Shown piece after piece: positions 58,341 through 64,000 of a DNA stretch of 64,000 nt. The position numbers and the translations under genes are program-made. This DNA is from an uncultured Clostridia bacterium. Its GTDB lineage: Bacteria > Bacillota > Clostridia > Saccharofermentanales > Saccharofermentanaceae. The notes beneath the pieces were generated by a model. It had not been told where the DNA came from. It saw only the letters and a list, made by a program, of their open reading frames with translations, and searched no databases. The first letter of the stretch is position 1, and every line of letters starts with the position of its first letter. The DNA lies in assembly GCA_947303185.1 (NCBI GenBank), contig CAMYXF010000002.1:55747-119746 (forward strand). Reading direction: 5' to 3'.

Positions 58341-59696
58341 TTACAAGACTCTTCTTACCGTACCGATTTTCCACTTGGCCGATGAGTAACAGGACTCAAC
58401 AACACCTGTGGCTGAGGACTGGGCATGTACGTATGTATCGTTTCCTACGTAGATACCGGAGTGTTCCATAATGCCGTCGCCTTCCTTATCGAAGCAGATA
58501 ATGTCACCGACCTGGATCTCATCCGGATCTACCCATTCGCCGCAGTAAGACTGGCTGGTAGCACCGTGAGGCAGATAGATTCCATAGTATGTCTCGAAGC
58601 AATACATAACGAAACCGGAACAGTCAAAGCCGTCAGGTGATGCACCGCCATAAACGTATCTGCATCCGATATAACCTCTTACATATGATGCAAATGATGT
58701 CCAATCGCCACTATCGTAATCATCGTCGTCATCGTCATCATCGTAATAAACGGGTTCAGGTATGTAAGGCTCATCATCCTGTGTGAAGCTTGCCTTTACA
58801 TAGTAACCATCAGAAGATTTATACCAGCCGTTATCAGTCTCGGCAACTACTTCAATCTCTGAACCAGTAGACAATGTTGAAAGTAAAGTATATGAAATAC
58901 CGGGACCAGTTCTTGTATTGAGAGCTGTGCTCGCATATACAGTGAAATCAACATCCCACTCTTCCCAATCGGGTCCGGAACTTGTCTCCGGCTCCGGATC
59001 AGGTTCGGGTTCATAATTCGGTTCAGGATCAGGTTCATTATATGATGTTGATGAACCATCATCGTCGTCATCATCATCATCGTAACTAACTTCATCAGGT
59101 TCATCCGGGGTCTCAGGCTCAACAAGCTCTTCTGATGAAAGATGAGAGTTCATAATATAACCTTCTCTTCCGTCAGGAAGTCTTACAAGTGACCAGTCTT
59201 TAATATATGCGATTCTGGTAACTGTATCGTTAAGCTTGAGGCTGATTACATCATCCTGATTCTGATCTTCATCATCTTCTGATTCTTCAGAATCCTCACT
59301 GTCTTCTTCGCCGTCAACTGCATCTTTAATCTTAGGAGCTACGAGAACAGCATCACCGTTAATCCAATACAGAGCACCATCATAAGTAATGGGATCAAGA
59401 GGATCCGTACCAAATTCAGCTGCTATGTCTGAATATGATTTAACGGCAACGATCGTATAATCATCAATGTTAAACTTTGCGTTCTTTAAGCTCATCGGAA
59501 TATAGCCGGTATTCTCGGCTTCTTCGTATGCAGGTGAACAAAAGTCATCAAAAGTGACGGCGTTGGGACCGATCAGAGACGGACTCTGAAGATCGATCTC
59601 TTTCGAAGATCCGCAGTTATGTGTAGTTACAGATCCGACAGCAACACTTGCCGCAACGACAGCTGAAACTATATTTACCGCTTTCTTATTAACCAC
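58341..59696 (-). CDS. Secreted NlpC/P60 peptidoglycan endopeptidase with SH3b domains and acidic linkers
   Basis: 'YVYGGASPDGFDCSGFV', 'HSGIYVG...HA'; SH3 'LNTRTGPG...NGWYK'. GTG start at 59696 follows RBS AGAAAGGA (track start 59723). Confidence 0.9.
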   Translation of the reverse strand: MVNKKAVNIVSAVVAASVAVGSVTTHNCGSSKEIDLQSPSLIGPNAVTFDDFCSPAYEEAENTGYIPMSLKNAKFNIDDYTIVAVKSYSDIAAEFGTDPLDPITYDGALYWINGDAVLVAPKIKDAVDGEEDSEDSEESEDDEDQNQDDVISLKLNDTVTRIAYIKDWSLVRLPDGREGYIMNSHLSSEELVEPETPDEPDEVSYDDDDDDDDGSSTSYNEPDPEPNYEPEPDPEPETSSGPDWEEWDVDFTVYASTALNTRTGPGISYTLLSTLSTGSEIEVVAETDNGWYKSSDGYYVKASFTQDDEPYIPEPVYYDDDDDDDDYDSGDWTSFASYVRGYIGCRYVYGGASPDGFDCSGFVMYCFETYYGIYLPHGATSQSYCGEWVDPDEIQVGDIICFDKEGDGIMEHSGIYVGNDTYVHAQSSATGVVESCYSSAKWKIGTVRRVL

Positions 59697-59800
59697 TGCA
59701 TTTCCTTTCTGCTCATAGCGCATATTATTGATGATATTTTATCATTCAACTTGTATGGAATAACAAATAATTCAAGCAAAACTCGGGCATTCGCACAAAA

Positions 59801-59817
59801 TGTCACCGCTTTGTAAC
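59801..59817. promoter_or_regulatory. WalR-box-like direct repeat upstream of the NlpC/P60 gene
   Basis: TGTCAC-N5-TGTAAC; one mismatch to TGTWAH-N5-TGTWAH. Confidence 0.45.
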
Positions 59818-59863
59818 CTAAAACACAAGAAAGATTGAGTTTTAGCAAGAAATTCTGGAAATT

Positions 59864-59894
59864 AAAAACCCTGTCGGTCTGAGGACTGCAGGGT
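59864..59894 (-). terminator. Intrinsic terminator of the tRNA operon
   Basis: Minus strand ACCCTGCAGTCCTCAGACCGACAGGGT-TTTT. Confidence 0.75.
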
Positions 59895-59909
59895 GCTAAT
59901 ATTATTATT

Positions 59910-59985
59910 TGGTGGCTCACTGGAGGTTCGAACTCCAGACCCCTTGATTAAAAGTCAAGTGCTCTACCGGCTGAGCTAGTGAACC
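59910..59985 (-). tRNA. tRNA-Lys(UUU)
   Basis: GGTTCACTAGCTCAGCCGGTAGAGCACTTGACTTTTAATCAAG...GTTCGAA...GTGAGCCACCA; cloverleaf with encoded CCA. Confidence 0.97.
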
Positions 59986-59988
59986 ATT

Positions 59989-60063
59989 TGGCTGGGGTGG
60001 CAGGATTTGAACCTACGAATGCGGGAGTCAAAGACCCGTGCCTTACCCCTTGGCTACACCCCA
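59989..60063 (-). tRNA. tRNA-Gln(UUG)
   Basis: TGGGGTGTAGCCAAGGGGTAAGGCACGGGTCTTTGACTCCCG...GGTTCAAATCC...CACCCCAGCCA. Confidence 0.95.
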
Positions 60064-60082
60064 GTGTTTCGAGGCAAAAAGT

Positions 60083-60160
60083 TGGGGTGGGATATGGGAT
60101 TCGAACCCATGATATCTAGTGCCACAAACTAGCGCTCTAACCAACTGAACTAATCCCACC
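60083..60160 (-). tRNA. tRNA-His(GUG), including encoded G-1
   Basis: GGTGGGATTAGTTCAGTTGGTTAGAGCGCTAGTTTGTGGCACTAG...GGTTCGAATCCC...ATCCCACCCCA. Confidence 0.97.
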
Positions 60161-60181
60161 ATTTCAGCCAATTGCCTTGAA

Positions 60182-60210
60182 ATTATAAAGAAAAGGTCTT
60201 TTTAAGTCAA
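60182..60210 (-). promoter_or_regulatory. sigma-A promoter of the tRNA-His/Gln/Lys operon
   Basis: TTGACT-N17-TATAAT. Confidence 0.8.
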
Positions 60211-60235
60211 GCATTATTTATAGTAATCTGTTTTA

Positions 60236-60265
60236 TTGCACGTATATATGTTGTTGTACTATAAT
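60236..60265 (+). promoter_or_regulatory. Putative sigma-A promoter of argJ
   Basis: TTGCAC-N18-TATAAT, 32 nt upstream of the ATG; RBS AGAGGT. Confidence 0.55.
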
Positions 60266-60297
60266 TCGACAGTAATAAACATAAGAGGTTATTTATT

Positions 60298-61551
60298 ATG
60301 GAAGAAGAATTATCTGTATCTTATATAACAATGCCTAAGGGCTTTAAGGCTAACGGTGTTTCTGCCGGCATGAAGTGTTCTGATCCCGCTAACATCAATG
60401 AAAGCACACCCAAATATGCAATCCTTGATATGGGTATGGTCTATTCAGATACTCTTTGCAACGTTGCAGGTGTTTACACATCCAACCTTGTCAAAGGTCA
60501 CTCTCTCGTAAGATCAATGGACATTATCGAGAATAAAGGAAAAGCAAAGGGAATCATCATTAACAGTAAAGTTGCCAACGCAGGCGTTGGACATATTGGT
60601 GTTGAGGATGCAGCAAAGGTTGCAGAGACCGCATCTTCCCTTCTTGGCTGTGATCCTTCAGAGATTCTCACAGCATCCACAGGTGTAATAGGTTCAAGAC
60701 TTCCGTTAGATAAGATGACTGCAGCCATTCCTTCACTCGTAAACGGCCTTTCTGCTGACGAGGAAGCTGCTCACAATGCACAGTACGCAATGATGACTAC
60801 AGATACTGTTCCGAAGGAAGTATCCGCACAGATCGAGCTTACAGACGGAAAGACAGTAACTATTTCCGGTATGGCTAAGGGTTCAGGTATGATCCACCCT
60901 AACCTCGCAACCATGATCTGCGTATTCACTACAGACTGCGGAATTGAATCTGCTTCATTGAAGAAGATGCTCCAGAAAGCTGTTAAGTATACATTTAACA
61001 GAGTCAGCGTAGACGGTGATACTTCCGTTTGCGACATGGTTACAGTATTTGCCAACGGCGCATCAGGTGTTTCCATCGAAGAAGGAACTGAGGATTATGC
61101 TCTGTTCGAGTCTGCCCTCTGCAAGCTCTCTGAAGACATCTCCAGAATGCTCGCAGCTGACGGTGAAGGTGCAACAAAGTTCGTAGAGATCGAAGTTCAC
61201 GGAGCAAAGGATGAAAAGGATGCAAAGCTCATCGTTACTTCCGTTGCAAGATCACCTCTTTGCAAGACAGCTTTCTTCGGTGAAGATGCCAACATCGGTC
61301 GTATCCTTACAGCAGTCGGTTATTCCGGTGCTTCATTTGATCCTGAGAAAGTCGATATCAGACTCTCCGGACTTCTTATGTATAAGGACGGTGCAGCCGT
61401 TGCTTTCGATGAGGAAGAAGCATCCAGACTTCTTGCAGAGCACGACCTTAAGGTAGATATCACACTCTACGAGGGTGACGCTTACGACAGAATGTTCACA
61501 TGCGACTTCTCATACGATTACGTTAAGATCAACGGAAGCTACAGAACATAA
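60298..61551 (+). CDS. argJ: Bifunctional glutamate N-acetyltransferase / ornithine acetyltransferase
   Basis: 'ASTGVIG', 'MTTDT', 'AKGSGMIHPNLATM', 'SVDGDTSVCD' (autoproteolysis site), 'DGEGATK', 'YVKINGSYRT'. Confidence 0.96.
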   Translation: MEEELSVSYITMPKGFKANGVSAGMKCSDPANINESTPKYAILDMGMVYSDTLCNVAGVYTSNLVKGHSLVRSMDIIENKGKAKGIIINSKVANAGVGHIGVEDAAKVAETASSLLGCDPSEILTASTGVIGSRLPLDKMTAAIPSLVNGLSADEEAAHNAQYAMMTTDTVPKEVSAQIELTDGKTVTISGMAKGSGMIHPNLATMICVFTTDCGIESASLKKMLQKAVKYTFNRVSVDGDTSVCDMVTVFANGASGVSIEEGTEDYALFESALCKLSEDISRMLAADGEGATKFVEIEVHGAKDEKDAKLIVTSVARSPLCKTAFFGEDANIGRILTAVGYSGASFDPEKVDIRLSGLLMYKDGAAVAFDEEEASRLLAEHDLKVDITLYEGDAYDRMFTCDFSYDYVKINGSYRT

Positions 61552-61590
61552 TTTATATTCCACATAAGAAGCGTTTATCAACTACGAGAT

Positions 61591-61654
61591 GAAAATGTTC
61601 GTATAACATTTTCTCTGTTTAATATTGCAATGATACTTCTACATATCATTGCAA
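61591..61654. terminator. Two inverted repeats in the convergent argJ / epimerase gap (possible terminators)
   Basis: GAAAATGTT-CGTAT-AACATTTTC (61591-61613) and TTGCAATGATA-N8-TATCATTGCAA (61625-61654). Confidence 0.45.
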
Positions 61655-61738
61655 GCACTGAAAGCACAAGGTGTTCTGTTTATAAATTTTGAGAGAAAAG
61701 GAAGAATACTCTTTTACAACAGATAAATAATCAATTTG

Positions 61739-62410
61739 TTATTCAGATATTGCCTGTTTTAGATTTCTAATATTCTTTCTAAGATCAGTAACCTCGCCTG
61801 AAAACACACTTGAAGAACCGGCAACAAAGATTGACGCTCCAAACCCCTTCAATAAATGAGCATTATGAGTAGTTATATTTCCATCAACTTCAACTGTTAT
61901 GTCATTTTTGTTTTGAGAATTAAGAAAACTGTTTAACTTTTCAGCTTTCTTAATTGTAGAAGGAACTATACTTTGACCTGCAAAACCAGGATTAACCATC
62001 AGCAGATTAATTCCGTCAATATAATCAAGGACTTCCTCAAGAACATAAACCGGCGTAGCTGGATTAATTGCTAAGAAGCATTTACATCCAAAAGGTTTAA
62101 GCCAATCAAGCGCTCTTTGAACTTGATAAGTGCTTTCATAATGAATAGAAACTATATCTGTATTTTGAATTCCCAACCATTGAAGCTTATACTCGGGATT
62201 TAGAACCATCAAATGTAAATCCAATGGGATATTTGTTAATTCTCTTAAGCCACGAATATAGTCTACTCCCAAACCAAAATTAGGAACAAACTCACCGTCC
62301 ATAACATCAATGTGAAGATAATCAATGCGTTCTTCCTCAAACACTTTAATAGTATCTTTAAGATGTACGAGATCAGAACACATCATAGATGCAGATATTT
62401 TCCCAATCAT
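61739..62410 (-). CDS. Ribulose-phosphate 3-epimerase family protein (AlsE-like)
   Basis: 'ISASMMC', 'HIDVMDGEFVPN', 'DLHLMV', 'INPATP', 'MVNPGFAGQ', 'EVDGN'. Start taken at ATG 62410. Confidence 0.88.
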   Translation of the reverse strand: MIGKISASMMCSDLVHLKDTIKVFEEERIDYLHIDVMDGEFVPNFGLGVDYIRGLRELTNIPLDLHLMVLNPEYKLQWLGIQNTDIVSIHYESTYQVQRALDWLKPFGCKCFLAINPATPVYVLEEVLDYIDGINLLMVNPGFAGQSIVPSTIKKAEKLNSFLNSQNKNDITVEVDGNITTHNAHLLKGFGASIFVAGSSSVFSGEVTDLRKNIRNLKQAISE

Positions 62411-63432
62411 TAACAATTCTCCTTATTCCAAATAGTCATTACTTTGCAGTATGGCTCATTGTGAGAGTTCATTAACTCTAACGCCTCAATAACATGCATC
62501 TGATCAAAACGATGAGAAATCAATGTATTAACATTGATTAGATTTTTAGATAATGCATTTTTCACCTCTGACCAATCGCAGCACTTGTTATTCTCATATG
62601 AAGAATTCCAGGTTCCCATTACAACTAGTTGTTTTCTTAATATTTTCCAATAAACATCTTGTGAACAATTAAAATCACCTTCAGGATTTCCCATTAATAC
62701 AATTCTTCCACCTGCCTTAGCAAGAAGAATAGATTTATTAATTGCTTCATTACTTCCCACAGCTTCAAGCACACAATCAAATTGTTGTTTACACTCATTG
62801 ATCAAATCAAATCTAATATCGGGTATATTATCCGCAAGTTTCTTTTTGCTGTTTGATCTACCTAAAACTGTTACTGACTTAGCTCCAAGTGCTATACCCC
62901 ATTGTGCAGCAGCAAAAGCAATCATTCCGGTTCCAACAATAGCTACATTATCTGTACTTTTTATATTAAATTGCTTCATTGCATGAAGAGACACTGCCAA
63001 AGGTTCCATCATAGCTGCATCTTCAAATGAGATATTATTGTCCAATTCAATTAGGTTCCAAATGGGAACCGAAACATATTCAGCAAACGCCCCATCACGA
63101 CGTGAGCCAATATAATCATAGTTAGAGCACATCTCATATTTACCTTGAAGGCACTGATCACAATTTCTACATGGTATTAATGGAAACACGCCAACACGTT
63201 TTCCTATATAGCATTTGTTTTCTTCATCACATACTTCAGATACAACACCCGAAAATTCGTGTCCACAAACAGTCGGGAAATGATATGTTCCCTTTTTAAA
63301 TATCCTTGGAATATCTGAACTACAAATACCAGCAGCTTTTACCTTTACAATACACCAACCAGGTTTTAATTCTGGATATGGTACATCTTCATAATTAAGT
63401 AATCCTACTGCTCGAAGCGGATATGCTTTCAT
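62410..63432 (-). CDS. Zn-dependent alditol-phosphate dehydrogenase (GatD-like)
   Basis: 'GICSSD', 'GHEFSG', 'CRNCDQC...C', 'GSRRDGAFAEY', 'EPLAV', 'GTGMI'. Confidence 0.88.
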   Translation of the reverse strand: MKAYPLRAVGLLNYEDVPYPELKPGWCIVKVKAAGICSSDIPRIFKKGTYHFPTVCGHEFSGVVSEVCDEENKCYIGKRVGVFPLIPCRNCDQCLQGKYEMCSNYDYIGSRRDGAFAEYVSVPIWNLIELDNNISFEDAAMMEPLAVSLHAMKQFNIKSTDNVAIVGTGMIAFAAAQWGIALGAKSVTVLGRSNSKKKLADNIPDIRFDLINECKQQFDCVLEAVGSNEAINKSILLAKAGGRIVLMGNPEGDFNCSQDVYWKILRKQLVVMGTWNSSYENNKCCDWSEVKNALSKNLINVNTLISHRFDQMHVIEALELMNSHNEPYCKVMTIWNKENC

Positions 63433-64000
63433 CCCTCAATCTCCTGTTTAAACTTTTCTAAATCTGCGAATGTAGTGATTTTATAATTATGTTCATCACC
63501 GGGAAACAATCTTACATTTAAGCCCTTTTCAAAAACAACAGCAGAAGTTCCACTTATAGAAGACAATTCTTCATCAGACATATTTCGTATTAAATCTAGA
63601 TACAGTCCTAATCTTACTGATTCAGGAGCTTGTCCAGCCCATAAATGATTTCTATTAAGTAAAGAAGAAATACTCTTAGCATCCTCACTCATATATACAG
63701 TGTCTTTAACAGGTAAAACAGGCATAGTGCAATCGCAATCTTCTATTTCTTTTATACAACTATTGATTAAACTATTTGAAATATTAGGTCTAGCAGCATC
63801 ATGAACAATAATAATAGAATTCAAATCTATATTATTCTGTTCCATTGCTAACATTCCATTTAGAATAGAATGTGTTCTGCTTATTCCTGATGGCGCAAAC
63901 ATAGTAAATTTGCTTATATTATTGTCTTTAATGTAACTACCAATATAATCACGCCATATTTCATCAGCTACAATAACAATACCATCCACTTCTTGATTCA
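63429..64000 (-). CDS. IspD/TarI-family cytidylyltransferase (5'-truncated by the window edge)
   Basis: 'VHDAARP', 'PVKDT', 'GQAPES', 'NYKITTFADL'; N-terminal LAGG motif not in the window. Confidence 0.85.
   Translation of the reverse strand, partial: NQEVDGIVIVADEIWRDYIGSYIKDNNISKFTMFAPSGISRTHSILNGMLAMEQNNIDLNSIIIVHDAARPNISNSLINSCIKEIEDCDCTMPVLPVKDTVYMSEDAKSISSLLNRNHLWAGQAPESVRLGLYLDLIRNMSDEELSSISGTSAVVFEKGLNVRLFPGDEHNYKITTFADLEKFKQEIEG

Noticed and set aside
59724..59863. c-di-AMP (ydaO) riboswitch upstream of NlpC/P60
   Set aside because: I could not find the conserved ydaO sequence motifs or paired structure.
59910..60160. tRNA genes as integration sites of an island
   Set aside because: No integrase and no duplicated tRNA 3' end seen in the window.
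61596..61623. dif/Xer-like site TGTTCGTATAA-CATTTT-CTCTGTTTAAT
   Set aside because: The conserved inner TTAT of the XerD arm is broken (CTCT), and the sequence is explained by a local hairpin; likely chance in AT-rich DNA.
1..64000. CRISPR array, IS elements, prophage or defence genes
   Set aside because: No regularly spaced repeats, transposase, integrase, cas or phage motifs seen; intergenic gaps are all under 400 bp apart from the tRNA region.

Overview
Bacterial chromosomal window with a Clostridia-like Firmicute appearance; the taxon is inferred from gene content and sigma-A-type promoters, not proven. About 55 kb (1593-56769, minus strand) is one co-oriented surface-polysaccharide super-locus. 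It holds three priming sugar transferases, three Wzx flippases, three Wzy-like proteins and two Wzz-like co-polymerase paralogs. Nucleotide-sugar pathways are present for AATGal-type amino sugar, L-FucNAc (fnlABC), an acetamidino group (wbuXYZ-like), 2,3-diacetamido-mannuronate (wbpABDEI-like), incomplete dTDP-rhamnose (rfbACD, no rfbB), and a pseudaminic-acid-type nonulosonate. The nonulosonate block has no pseB but carries an extra aldo/keto reductase and a class-III aminotransferase. A LoaP antiterminator with a structured, terminator-containing leader and a sugar-sensor GGDEF gene lie inside the locus. Flanking genes are an ABC solute-binding lipoprotein, an M20 dipeptidase, an SH3-NlpC/P60 hydrolase, tRNA-His/Gln/Lys, argJ, and the end of a CDP-alditol-type cassette. 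No IS, integrase, phage gene or CRISPR array was seen. All calls come from motif recognition by eye; no database search was run.
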